In this document: positions 1 through 9,589 of the stretch, in pieces
Numbering within the stretch: position 1 is the stretch's first letter
Layout: the number at the start of each line of letters is the position of its first letter
Source: a candidate division WOR-3 bacterium
Lineage (GTDB): Bacteria > Hydrothermota > Tepidihabitantia > Tepidihabitantales > Tepidihabitantaceae
NCBI GenBank assembly: GCA_016867815.1
Contig: VGIR01000002.1
Coordinates: 912-64,911, forward strand
Direction: 5' to 3'
DNA length: 64,000 nucleotides
Position numbers and translations under genes: made by a program
Notes under the pieces: generated by a model
What the model was told of the DNA's origin: nothing
Databases searched by the model: none
Seen by the model: the letters and a program-made list of their open reading frames with translations, nothing else

Positions 1-339
1 GGAACCGGGACTCTTCGGCGCCATCGCGTTGTCACGATGCGCAAAGCCATGCATTGCGACTTCCACGAGACCGGTGCGAGCGGCGGCAGTCAATCTCCCT
101 GCGGTCCCCGGGTCTATGGCCGCGCAGTTCGCAGGGTCATCCGTAAACGTTTCGGATACGTACGGTATCACTCCATAGGTGCAGGGGATGTTGCGCTTCT
201 GGAAGACCGTGAGCAGCTCATCGCCGATACTCGAACCCGACCCCGCGTAGTCGTCGAAACGGAAGATGACTGTAATCCGTCGTGCCCGTGAGGCCGACGC
301 GGCCCGGGCAGGGACACGGCACGCAAGAGGCAGTAGCAC
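1..339 (-). CDS. Secreted polysaccharide-deacetylase-like protein, 5' portion only; continues past the window edge. The GTG start at 339 is tentative.
   Basis: The reverse-complement translation reads ...RCLALVLVLLPLACRVPARAASASRARRITVIFRFDDYAGSGSSIGDELLTVFQKRNIPCTYGVIPYVSE...EVAMHGFAH. It has a signal-peptide-like N-terminus, RFDDY and MHGFAH motifs reminiscent of NodB-type deacetylases, and no stop codon before position 1. Confidence 0.3.
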   Translation of the reverse strand, partial: MLLPLACRVPARAASASRARRITVIFRFDDYAGSGSSIGDELLTVFQKRNIPCTYGVIPYVSETFTDDPANCAAIDPGTAGRLTAAARTGLVEVAMHGFAHRDNAMAPKSPGS

Positions 340-707
340 GAGAACGAGCGCCAGGCACCGCTGCCAGCTTAGCCGGGCCAAGCGCATGCATTGGCCCGTG
401 CGCGAATTGTGCTGAGAGGTCATGGCTCGGGCGAGGCTTAAGGTTAGGTTGACGCCGACGGCGGTCCTTGGCTCACAGCTTCATTGTAGCGGAGTACCGT
501 GAGTCTGCAAGAACGCGATGACCAACCGGAGCGCGACCCTGTGACCCGGACGTGCCGGCCAGTATCCGGCAGGACGTCTTCAACCCGCTCGCGCCGGTCC
601 ACCAGCCTCTTTGTACGCGCGCACGGCAGCGGGGAAGGAAACGGACCGTCCGGCCGAAAAGCAGAGGGGAGGCGTGAGCCTCCCCCTTCGATAGTGCGGT
701 ACTGCTG

Positions 708-2660
708 CTACTTCTCTCCTAAGATCTTGAACTCAACCCGGCGGTTGAGTGCGCGGCCGGCGTCGGTGTCGTTTGTGGCAATCGGCATGCTCTCACCGTA
801 ACCCCTGGAAGTCAGGCGCGACACGTCGATACCCAGGTTCTGCACCAGGTAGGAGACCACTGAGGCGGCCCGCCGGTCGGAGAGCGACAGGTTGTATGAG
901 TCCGAGCCCTTGCTGTCGGTGTGGCCCTGGATCTCGACGTTGATCGTCGGGTTCTCGTTGAGCATGTTGGCAGCGGCCTCGAGCGCCGGCTTCGACTCAG
1001 GCTTGATGGTCGCCAGGTTGAAGTCGAAGTATATACCTTTGAGCGTAACCGACATACCCACCTTCAGCATCGCGAAGTCGCGTACGAACGGCTTGTCTTT
1101 CTCGACGATGAGCGCCGTGGTCTGCTTCACGTAGTCCTTCGACTCAACCACGACGGTGTAGGAGCCGGGCATCAACTGCGCCTTGTAGACGCCGGTGGCC
1201 GGGTCGGTATTGAAGAGAGCGTTGTCGAACGTAACCGTGGCCGACAGCCCCGCGTCCGTCTTCTTGTCGGAAACCCGGCCGGTAGCGGCGACGGCGACCT
1301 CGGCCGGCGAGAGCTTGAATGAGGCCGTAGCCAGCTTGTTGTCTTCGACCGCCAGGGTGATCGTCGCGGCGACGTGCCTGTCCGCGGTCGCGGTTATGGT
1401 GTAGACTCCGGTCTCCACCTGGTCGACCTGGAAGGCGCCGGTGACCGGGTCGGCGTTCACCGGAGCAAGTGCGGTGCCGGGGAACTCGATACGAGCACCC
1501 ATCGGCGCACTGCTCACCGCGTCGATGACGGTGCCGGCAATCGTGCCGTAGGTCTTGAGCGGCCGCAGCTTGAAAGCGTAGTTGGTGACCTTGTCTTCCT
1601 CGACGGCCAGCGGCACCGCCTGTCGGTTGTAGCCCTCGGCGCTGACCTCGACCGTAACCGCGCCCACCGGGGCTTTCCTGGCCTCGAAGACGCCATCGGC
1701 GTCGGTGGTTATGGATGCCATCTTGGGGTCGTCCGGGAAGGCGATGGTGGCGGCCACCGGCCTGCCGGTGCTGGCGTTGGTCACAGTGCCGACAATCGTG
1801 CCATACACGGCCGGCGTGCGCCTGCCGAACGGCGTCGCGAAGCCGAGGCCGACGATGACCTCGTTAGGCTGTTTCACGCTGTCCATCGTGCCGGAGCTGA
1901 ACGTGTAGCCAGCCTTGAGGAAACCACCGTTGGCGTTGCCGAGGACCACGCCCGGCGTGAGGTGGAGATGGCCGTCAGTAGTACCGAGGATGTCGGTTCC
2001 GTTCTGCAGCGAGACTCCCTCGACGAACAGGCCGAATCCTTTGCCCTGCAACTCGACCGCCGCCGCGTACTGGGTCTTGCCTCCGATCTTCCCGTAGTTG
2101 ACTATCAGGTTCGGAGCCGAAGGCAGCACATCCTGGAACTGGAGCGTGAGCAGACCACTCCACGCGAGCTTGCTGGCTGGGTCGTAGGGGAGGGCTCCAG
2201 GGTCGAGGAATCCTGCTGTGTCACGGTACATGAAGGTATAGCTGGCCGTGCCGCCGATCTTGAGCACGGGAATGACCGGAACCGAGAGCTTGCCGCCGGC
2301 CTTCAGATCGCCGAACTTCCAGGTGAATCCATCCTCGGCGTAGGACTTGGGCATCTGAATCGCTCCACCCGAGGATGCGAACAACTCCAGCCCGACGTAC
2401 TTTGTGGCGATTGGCGCGTAGCTAAGCTCGGGCGCGATGGCGTCGGCAACCCAGGCACTCGCGTTTGGGGAATCCTGGGGGGGCAGGAAATCGGCATTCC
2501 GGGCGAGCGCGTGAAGCGAGATCGTTAGACCGGCCTCTTCCTCGACCATCGCGTTCTGTACTCGGAACAACCCTTTGCCGCCACCGAACCCCGGGTACGC
2601 GAATACGAAGGCGGGTAGCACTGCCATCAGCAGCGCCAGTACTGACACCCTTGTTCTCAC
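708..2660 (-). CDS. OmpA-family outer membrane protein with central carboxypeptidase-regulatory-like (CarbopepD_reg) repeats and a C-terminal OmpA peptidoglycan-binding domain
   Basis: 650 aa. A GTG start at 2660 is preceded by AGAGGAG. There is a signal peptide (MRTRVSVLALLMAVLPAFVFA), repeated 'GTIAGTV..A..G.P..A.I.F' modules, and a C-terminus reading GIYFDFNLATIKPES...NVEIQGHTDSKGSDSYNLSLSDRRAASV...NRRVEFKILG, which is the OmpA_C-like signature. Confidence 0.8.
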   Translation of the reverse strand: MRTRVSVLALLMAVLPAFVFAYPGFGGGKGLFRVQNAMVEEEAGLTISLHALARNADFLPPQDSPNASAWVADAIAPELSYAPIATKYVGLELFASSGGAIQMPKSYAEDGFTWKFGDLKAGGKLSVPVIPVLKIGGTASYTFMYRDTAGFLDPGALPYDPASKLAWSGLLTLQFQDVLPSAPNLIVNYGKIGGKTQYAAAVELQGKGFGLFVEGVSLQNGTDILGTTDGHLHLTPGVVLGNANGGFLKAGYTFSSGTMDSVKQPNEVIVGLGFATPFGRRTPAVYGTIVGTVTNASTGRPVAATIAFPDDPKMASITTDADGVFEARKAPVGAVTVEVSAEGYNRQAVPLAVEEDKVTNYAFKLRPLKTYGTIAGTVIDAVSSAPMGARIEFPGTALAPVNADPVTGAFQVDQVETGVYTITATADRHVAATITLAVEDNKLATASFKLSPAEVAVAATGRVSDKKTDAGLSATVTFDNALFNTDPATGVYKAQLMPGSYTVVVESKDYVKQTTALIVEKDKPFVRDFAMLKVGMSVTLKGIYFDFNLATIKPESKPALEAAANMLNENPTINVEIQGHTDSKGSDSYNLSLSDRRAASVVSYLVQNLGIDVSRLTSRGYGESMPIATNDTDAGRALNRRVEFKILGEK

Positions 2661-3101
2661 CTTAGCTCCTCTGGCTCCTGCGAGCCGCTATGCCTGTTTG
2701 ACGGATTGTTGCTGGTGTAGCCAGGTCTCCGCGACAATGACTGCCGACTTCTGCGAGTGCTGAAGACCGGATTCACTGGGTCACCTCCAGGGCTCCGAGG
2801 AGCCTCGGTGGATGACGTGAAGGGTCTGTCGCACTGCAACCTGCCGGCACTAATATATTGACTCGCGGCAGCTTGTCAAGCCTTCGCCAGGACCCGCAAG
2901 ACGACGTTAGAGTCACGAAACGCACGAGACGAACGGGTGTTGGACGCTTCAAGCCCGTTTCCCTCGGTTTCAGTTTCCTCGGGGCCATCATGTCCGAAGT
3001 CGGGGCAAGAGAGAGCCGCAAGGCACGCAAGGGTCGCGACCCGTGCGCAGAAGCCGGGCACATTCTGTTTCAGCACGCAGACGTTGTGTTTCTGGGAGAC
3101 T

Positions 3102-3443
3102 CTAGACCGCAGTCTCTCCGCGCTCACCTGTGCTGATGCGGACGGCATCCTCAACGGGAGAGACATAGACCTTGCCGTCGGCACGCAACCCGGTGTGGGC
3201 GCCCGCTTGGATGGCGGATATCACGATCTCGACCAACTCGTCACGGCAGACAATCTCGATCTTCACGTGAGGCACCCAGCGGACACCGTTGTCCTCAATG
3301 TGTACCGGTTCGCTTTCGCCGCGGCTTCTGCCGAAGCCGTGGATATCGAAGACGCTCACGCCGGTCAGGCCCGCGAGTCCGTGCAAGCGCTCAATAACTG
3401 CCGCCAGCCGTTGGCGCTTGATATAGGCCTCTATCTTCTTCAC
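3102..3443 (-). CDS. P-II (GlnB-like) family protein of the efflux-associated type (PII-NG)
   Basis: 113 aa starting MKKIEAYIKRQRL..., with a GlnB-like N-terminus and length. It overlaps the czcA stop by 4 nt, so it sits in the same operon. Confidence 0.7.
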   Translation of the reverse strand: MKKIEAYIKRQRLAAVIERLHGLAGLTGVSVFDIHGFGRSRGESEPVHIEDNGVRWVPHVKIEIVCRDELVEIVISAIQAGAHTGLRADGKVYVSPVEDAVRISTGERGETAV

Positions 3444-6400
3444 GATCTACCTCCTGACAGAATCTGCGTTTCAGACCGCCGGTCCTCTTGGACGAAACGT
3501 GGCGCAAGCCACGGGTACATGGCGGGAATGAGGATGAGCGTTAGGATCGTCGATGTCACCAGCCCGAAAACCACGACTACCGCCAGTGGACGCTGGACTT
3601 CTGAACCCATCCCGGTCGACATCAGCAGCGGCACCAAACCCAGCACCGTGGTGATGGCTGTCATCAGCACCGGACGCAGGCGCAGCAGCCCGGCCTGGAT
3701 GATGGCCGTTCGCGTTTCGGTCCCCTCCTCACGCAGTTGGTTGATGCAGGTCACCAGGACGAGGGCATTCTGCACCGCGATTCCGAACAACGCGATGAAA
3801 CCGATTGCCGCCGGCACCGAGAGGTACTCGCCGAAAACCAGCAACCCCAGGACTCCACCGATGAGGGCGAGCGGCACGTTGGCAAAGATGAGCGCCGCCT
3901 GTCGGATGGAGCCGAGCGACAGGAATAGCATCAGGAAGATGAGCACCAAAGCGGTCGGGACGATGAAGGCAAGACGTCCCATGGCTCGCTGTTGGTTCTC
4001 GAACTGCCCCCCGTACTTCAGCCAGTAGCCCGGCGGCAGCTTGACCTTCGCCTCTACCTGCCGGCGCATGTCGGCCACAACGCTGCCTATGTCGCGGCCG
4101 CGCACGTTTGCCGCGATCGTCCAGCATCGCTGATTGTCCTCGCGGTTGACCTGTATCGGCCCGACCGTCGATCGCACGTCCGCCACCTGGCCAAGCGGCA
4201 CGAGCTTGCCGTCGCGGGAGCTCACCAGCAGGTTCCCGATGGCCTCCGCATCCCGGCGGTACTCCTCCTGCAAGCGAACATTGATGCCATAGCGGCGGGT
4301 GTTGAGGTAGATGTGGTCGACTACCTCGCCGCCGACACCCAGTTCCACCGCCTCCAGAATGTCGGCCACACTCACCCCGTGGCGGGAGCAAGCCTCGCGG
4401 TCCGCGACTACCTGGACCTGTGGCTGTCCGTAGCTCTGCTCCGCGGCCAGGTCGACGAGCCCGGGTACGCCCTTCACGACCGCCTGTATCTCCTCGGCCT
4501 TGAGCCGCAACGTGTCCAGGTCGTCACCGAAGAGCTTGACCGCGAGCTGGGTCTTGACGCCTGACAGCAGCTCGTCAAACATGTTCTGTATCGGCTGCGT
4601 GAATCCGACTTGTATCCCGGGGAACTCACCAAGCAGACGGCTCATGTCGTTGACCAGGGCCTCCTTGGAGGCCCAGCGCCGGCGCCAGCCCCGTTCCGGC
4701 TTGAGTTCCATCTGGATATGCGCGGAGTTCACCGGATGCGGATGGCTGCCGGCCTCGGGTCGGCCGATCTTGGCGATGGTCTGTTGAATCGCCTGCCCGT
4801 ACTCAGAGAGAAGCACGCGCTCGACCTGCTGCACCGTCGCGGTGGCCTTCTCCAGCGATATCGACGGCGCCATGGTGACGTTGACCTGAACAACACCTTC
4901 TTCCAGAACCGGGATGAACTCCGTGCCCAGCCGCGTCGCTGCGAAGATGCTCAGTGCCAGCGCAATACCGGCCGCGATCGCCACCCGGACCGGACGCCGC
5001 ACCGTCTGCTCGAGCAATGGCTGGTAGGCCTGCTTCAGCCAGCGGACCAGGAAGAAGTCGCCCCCGGCCCGTCCGCGCAGCAGGAACGATGAGAGCATCG
5101 GTGAGAAGACGAAGGCGAAGATGAGCGACCCGGCCAGCGCGAAGAGTATCGTGTAGGCCATCGGCGAGAACATCTTACCTTCCACGCCCTGCAGCGAGAA
5201 CAGCGGCAGAAAGACGATAGCAATGATCGCCACCGAGAAGAGTATTGGCCGCGCGACCTCGGCCGACGCCTGAGTGATCAGTTTCAGCCGGCTGGCGTTG
5301 CGACGGCTCGGTTCGGACATGTGGCGGTACGCGTTCTCCACCAGCACCGTCGCAGCGTCGCCGAGCATACCGATGGCGATGGCGACGCCGCCCAGTGACA
5401 TCAGGTTTGCGGAGAGCCCGGCAGCCCCCATGAAGATGACGGCAAAGAGCACGCACATCGGCAGGCTCAGGGCCACGACGATGGCGGCGCGCAGGTTGCC
5501 GAGGAACAGAATCAGCGTGATGATCACGAGGATTCCGCCGAGCACCAGCGAGGTCTTGACCGTGTTGGTGGCATTATTGACCAGCCGCTGTTGGTTGTAG
5601 TAGGGAATCAGTCTGACGCCCGCGGGCAGGGAGGACTGGACCGCAGGGACCTTCCGGTCCAGTCGAGCGATGACATCGGACGTGTTCTCCCCGAAGAGCT
5701 TCATGACGATGCCGGCAACAACCTCCTCTGCACCGTCTCGCGTCACGACACCGCGACGGACCTCGCGGCCGTAGTCGACGTCCGCGACATCACGCAAGTA
5801 GACCGGCGTGCCGCCGACGACCTTGACCTGGACGTCGCCAAGCTGGTCCCGGGTCTGGATCAGCCCGATACCCCGGACCAGGTACTCCTCGGAACCGACT
5901 ACCAGGAACTGACCGCCGGCACTGCCGTTGTTGGCGTTGATCGCCTCGACGACGTCGGCGAGCCCGATTTCGTACTTGGCCAGCGCGTGAGGGTCCAGTG
6001 CCACCTGGTACTGCAGTACATGGCCGCCCATCGAGAGGATCTCGGTGACGCCCGGCACCGTCTGCAGCTGGTACTTGACGATCCGGTCATTGATGTCGCG
6101 CAGGTACGTGTCGGCCGACTTCCCTTCAGTGTCCGCGGTAGAGTCGAGGATCAGATAGTACATGAAGACTTCACCGAGCCCGGTTGAGATCGGGCCGAGC
6201 GCAGGCGGTTCGTGCATCTCCGGCAGGTCCGCCATCGCCCCGGCCAGCCGTTCGGCGACGATCTGGCGGGCGAAGTAGATGTCGGTCTCGTCCCGGAAGT
6301 AGACATAGATGACAGCCATCCCGAAGGCGGATGTGGACTTCACCCGGGTGACGCCGGGCAGTCCGTTCATGGCCGACTCGATCGGGAACGTTATGAGTCG

Positions 6401-6583
6401 TTCGACTTCCTCCGGGGCCATACCATGAGCTTCGGCAAAGACCGGGACCATCACGGGCGAGACGTCGGGGAAAGCGTCGGTCGGCAGCTTCCGGTAGGCG
6501 ATGGCGCCCCAGACGATGACACCAAGCAGCACCGCGGCGGCGACGACTCGCTGCGTCTGGATGAACTCGAAGAAGCGGTTCAT
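3440..6583 (-). CDS. czcA: Heavy-metal efflux RND transporter, CusA/CzcA (HME) family
   Basis: 1047 aa with 12-TM RND architecture. The N-terminus reads ...LPTDAFPDVSPVMVPVFAEAHGMAPEEVERLITFPIESAMNGLPGVTRVKSTSAFGMAVIYVYFRDETDIYFARQIV, typical of HME-RND pumps. Confidence 0.93.
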   Translation of the reverse strand: MNRFFEFIQTQRVVAAAVLLGVIVWGAIAYRKLPTDAFPDVSPVMVPVFAEAHGMAPEEVERLITFPIESAMNGLPGVTRVKSTSAFGMAVIYVYFRDETDIYFARQIVAERLAGAMADLPEMHEPPALGPISTGLGEVFMYYLILDSTADTEGKSADTYLRDINDRIVKYQLQTVPGVTEILSMGGHVLQYQVALDPHALAKYEIGLADVVEAINANNGSAGGQFLVVGSEEYLVRGIGLIQTRDQLGDVQVKVVGGTPVYLRDVADVDYGREVRRGVVTRDGAEEVVAGIVMKLFGENTSDVIARLDRKVPAVQSSLPAGVRLIPYYNQQRLVNNATNTVKTSLVLGGILVIITLILFLGNLRAAIVVALSLPMCVLFAVIFMGAAGLSANLMSLGGVAIAIGMLGDAATVLVENAYRHMSEPSRRNASRLKLITQASAEVARPILFSVAIIAIVFLPLFSLQGVEGKMFSPMAYTILFALAGSLIFAFVFSPMLSSFLLRGRAGGDFFLVRWLKQAYQPLLEQTVRRPVRVAIAAGIALALSIFAATRLGTEFIPVLEEGVVQVNVTMAPSISLEKATATVQQVERVLLSEYGQAIQQTIAKIGRPEAGSHPHPVNSAHIQMELKPERGWRRRWASKEALVNDMSRLLGEFPGIQVGFTQPIQNMFDELLSGVKTQLAVKLFGDDLDTLRLKAEEIQAVVKGVPGLVDLAAEQSYGQPQVQVVADREACSRHGVSVADILEAVELGVGGEVVDHIYLNTRRYGINVRLQEEYRRDAEAIGNLLVSSRDGKLVPLGQVADVRSTVGPIQVNREDNQRCWTIAANVRGRDIGSVVADMRRQVEAKVKLPPGYWLKYGGQFENQQRAMGRLAFIVPTALVLIFLMLFLSLGSIRQAALIFANVPLALIGGVLGLLVFGEYLSVPAAIGFIALFGIAVQNALVLVTCINQLREEGTETRTAIIQAGLLRLRPVLMTAITTVLGLVPLLMSTGMGSEVQRPLAVVVVFGLVTSTILTLILIPAMYPWLAPRFVQEDRRSETQILSGGRS

Positions 6584-6598
6584 TGGCGGCTCGCCCTG

Positions 6599-7660
6599 TT
6601 AGTGGCCATGCCCGGCGTGCCCGCCGAGCGAGCTGGTGACGAGCTTGGCCTTCAGCTCGAATGCCCCGGCGGCCACGTAGGCGTCACCGGGAACAAGGCC
6701 GGCTTTGATCTCGGTGTGGGTCGGGCCAGTCGCGCCTACCGTTACCGGCACGGCACGGAACAGGCTGTCGCCAACCGGGACAAAGACAACTGCCTTCTCG
6801 TCCAGTCTCTGGACTGCCTCGGACTCGACCGCTGTGACTTGGTCTCCTCCCCCGACGCTGACCTCGGCCCTCACAAACATGCCCGGACGCCATTGGCCGT
6901 CAGGATTGGGGAGCACGACTCGCGCCAGGGCGACGCGGCGCTCGCGGTCGAACACCGGGGCCACGTAGGAGATGGTTCCGGTCGCGGACTGCGGGGAACC
7001 GACGCTCCGGACGACTGCACGCGCACCCTCCCGAACGTCCGCAAGGTGACGAGGATAGACAACGAGGTCGATCCATACTGTTGACAGGTCGGCAACCGTG
7101 AAGAGCGTTGTCTCCTCAGAGGCGTACGCACCGACCGCGCCCTCCCGGGCAACCACCCGACCGGAGAGCGGCGCACGGACCTCGTAAGAAGTCAGGTTCT
7201 CGTTCGATTCGACCACAGCGAGCACATCGTCCTTTTCGACCCTGGTGCCGAGAGTGGCATGCATCTCCCGGATGACACAACCGTAGCGCGGCGTGACGTG
7301 CACCCGCAGGTCCTCGTTGAAACCGACCTCTCCAGGTAGGACCACCGACCGACCGACGACGACCTTGGCAACCTTGGCAACCTTGATGCCGCCCAGTTCC
7401 TGGCCTCGGCTCGATAGTCGGACGGTAGCGTCGCTCTCGCCTTCGTGGAGGTCGGTATCTCCTTCTTCGTGCTCTCCGGGGTCTTCGTGCTTGTCCTGCT
7501 CCTCCGCTCTGTGCTCAATGTCCTCGTCATGGCCGTGGTCGGATTCGGCCGCCGGAAGTGGTCCGGCAAGCAGAAAGAGGGTGCCAAGGATGACGATCAC
7601 TAGCCGGCCGAGTCGCGGAAGCATATCACTCGCGCGGACTGGTACTGCATGTAGTTTCAC
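6599..7660 (-). CDS. czcB: RND efflux membrane fusion (periplasmic adaptor) protein, CusB/CzcB-like, with a His/Asp/Glu-rich metal-binding N-terminus and a C-terminal GHAGHGH tail
   Basis: 353 aa. It has a signal/anchor sequence, an N-terminal 'ESDHGHDEDIEHRAEEQDKHEDPGEHEEGDTDLHEGESD' segment, and the beta-barrel and lipoyl-like regions of the HlyD/MFP family. It lies immediately upstream of czcA on the same strand. Confidence 0.85.
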   Translation of the reverse strand: MKLHAVPVRASDMLPRLGRLVIVILGTLFLLAGPLPAAESDHGHDEDIEHRAEEQDKHEDPGEHEEGDTDLHEGESDATVRLSSRGQELGGIKVAKVAKVVVGRSVVLPGEVGFNEDLRVHVTPRYGCVIREMHATLGTRVEKDDVLAVVESNENLTSYEVRAPLSGRVVAREGAVGAYASEETTLFTVADLSTVWIDLVVYPRHLADVREGARAVVRSVGSPQSATGTISYVAPVFDRERRVALARVVLPNPDGQWRPGMFVRAEVSVGGGDQVTAVESEAVQRLDEKAVVFVPVGDSLFRAVPVTVGATGPTHTEIKAGLVPGDAYVAAGAFELKAKLVTSSLGGHAGHGH

Positions 7661-7663
7661 TTG

Positions 7664-8896
7664 CTACTCCTTGATGACTTCCGGCTCCACGCCGGTAATC
7701 TCGAGCAGGTCCGCAACGTGCGCTACCCGCTCGGCTTGGGACTCAATCAACTCCATCGTCGTCTCGTGAAGAACACGCTGGGCTGCTATCAGTTCAGCGA
7801 CACCAACGGCGCCCTGCTCGTAGTGCCGTGACAGATCATCGAGCACTCTTCGCTGCGCAGGCAGCAGGACCGAGTACCCGGTGTCGAGCTGTTCGGACCG
7901 GTTGGCCAGCTCTGCCAGCAGTCTGTCGATCTGCACCTCGATGTCCGATCGAGTCTGCTGCGCGGCCCACTCCGCTTCGGCAACCCCGAATCGCGCCGCC
8001 CGCACCGCACCCTGGTTCCAGTTGAGGACCGGAAGCGGCAGGGATGCCCCCACGCGGGTCGAACTCCCCCCCGACTCCGGGTCGCGCGTCCATGCTCCGA
8101 ACAGCGCCGGGGCGGGAAGCACGTCGGCTCGCGCCGCGCTCAAGCCGGCTCGGGCTGCGGCGACTTCGTTCACGGCCAGGATCACTGCCGGCTGGCTCAT
8201 GGCGAGTTTGACGAGCTCCGCCTGGCCGGGAAGCTTCGGGCCGATGACGAATGACCCGGCCGGTCGCCGGCAGGTGTCGGACGAGTCCGCCCACAACGAA
8301 GCGAGCGACCGGCAGGCAGCATCGTATCTGCGACGCAGTCCTGCAGCCTCGACATCAAGTGCGGTAAGCTCAAGTTGCTCCCTGACACGGTCGATGTCCC
8401 TGGCAGCCCCGGCTGCGACGCGGCGAGACATGTCCGCTACCGACGACCGCAGCAACGCTTGCAGCGTGTCGGCGGCCGCGAGTTGGTCGCGGAGTGCGAG
8501 CGCGGTTGCGAAACGTCGCAGTGTCTCGGCCCGCAGCCGCAGGCGCGTCGCGGATTCCTCCAGTCGCGCCGCCTTCAGACCGGCCTGTGCCGTCCGCACG
8601 CGTGCGCGCCGCTGACCCGCGATCTCCAGCGGAAGTGTGATCCCGACTTCCAGTGAACCACGGCCGAACTCCTCAGTTGCGAGTTCCAGCTCCGGATTGG
8701 GAGGCAGCTGGCCCTGCGTCAGCAACGCCTGGGCGGCTCGAACCGCGATGGCGGCTCGGGCGATCGACGGATTGCCTGCCTGGACACGATTCCAGGCCTC
8801 GGACAGCAGGATGTCCTGCGCTCCCGCAGCAACCGCCAGGCGGGCAAAGCAGAGCAGGGCAATGATTGCCACCCTGTCGCTGAAAGGACGTTTCAT
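7664..8896 (-). CDS. czcC: Outer membrane efflux protein (TolC/CzcC family)
   Basis: 410 aa with a signal peptide and two coiled-coil/OEP repeats rich in A/L/R/Q/E. It is the first gene of the czcCBA-like operon. Confidence 0.85.
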   Translation of the reverse strand: MKRPFSDRVAIIALLCFARLAVAAGAQDILLSEAWNRVQAGNPSIARAAIAVRAAQALLTQGQLPPNPELELATEEFGRGSLEVGITLPLEIAGQRRARVRTAQAGLKAARLEESATRLRLRAETLRRFATALALRDQLAAADTLQALLRSSVADMSRRVAAGAARDIDRVREQLELTALDVEAAGLRRRYDAACRSLASLWADSSDTCRRPAGSFVIGPKLPGQAELVKLAMSQPAVILAVNEVAAARAGLSAARADVLPAPALFGAWTRDPESGGSSTRVGASLPLPVLNWNQGAVRAARFGVAEAEWAAQQTRSDIEVQIDRLLAELANRSEQLDTGYSVLLPAQRRVLDDLSRHYEQGAVGVAELIAAQRVLHETTMELIESQAERVAHVADLLEITGVEPEVIKE

Positions 8897-9005
8897 ATCC
8901 TCTTCTCCTTTGAATCCATCTCACATCCAAGTTCGTGCATCTGATTTGTCGTCCAAACTGACCCGCGCAACGCGGGTCGGACTGAGGCAAAGTTGTGGAG
9001 CTAGT

Positions 9006-9425
9006 CTAGCAGCGTAGGACGGTCGAGCAGTCGGACGGGCTCAACGGAGTGTCGTGTCCGCCATCGAAAGAGGCGACAGACTGCCGGCACGGACCCACTA
9101 CCGCTAGTGCCATGCCGGACTCGGACTGACCGCCATCGTGACCGCCCATCCGGGAACCGCAGCACTGCTTGCGTGCCGCGACCACAGTCGCGGGCACTGA
9201 TACATACCTGCAGGTGCTCGACTTGGCTGGGCAGGGCTCCGACACATGGCCGACCTTAGGACTGCAGTCAGCGATGTCGCAACCAGCAAGGGGCCGGGAG
9301 AACGCTGTGTGCGGGAGATGGTCGTCGTTTGCGATGCAGTATGACATGTCGCTCAGCGCCACGCACCAGATGAGGATCACCACAGGCAGGGACCTGGCGA
9401 GAGCCGCGACGGTTGACATGACCAT
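9006..9425 (-). CDS. Small Cys/His-rich putatively secreted protein upstream of czcC; possible periplasmic metal-binding or CzcI-like accessory protein
   Basis: 139 aa with ATG at 9425. The signal-like N-terminus reads MVMSTVAALARSLPVVILIWCVAL. It contains 14 Cys and 7 His, has high GC3 codon bias, and sits on the same strand directly upstream of czcC. Confidence 0.3.
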   Translation of the reverse strand: MVMSTVAALARSLPVVILIWCVALSDMSYCIANDDHLPHTAFSRPLAGCDIADCSPKVGHVSEPCPAKSSTCRYVSVPATVVAARKQCCGSRMGGHDGGQSESGMALAVVGPCRQSVASFDGGHDTPLSPSDCSTVLRC

Positions 9426-9589
9426 GATACGATCTCATTCTACTCGCGGGACGAGTAGAGTCAACCTCCCCCTCTGTCGCTCCCCCTCTGTCGCTCACCA
9501 ATGATCTCCGTGAGAGCAGTGCAAGGAACTCGAGTTTCGTCACCGGTGCGCCGAACCACGGAGGAAGGCGCAGAAGTTCGTCCGCAGTA

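Noticed and set aside
1374-2528. 384-aa ORF on the plus strand
   Set aside because: It lies entirely antisense within the well-supported OmpA-family gene (708-2660). Its composition is Arg/Gly/Asp-rich and junk-like, typical of shadow ORFs in high-GC DNA.
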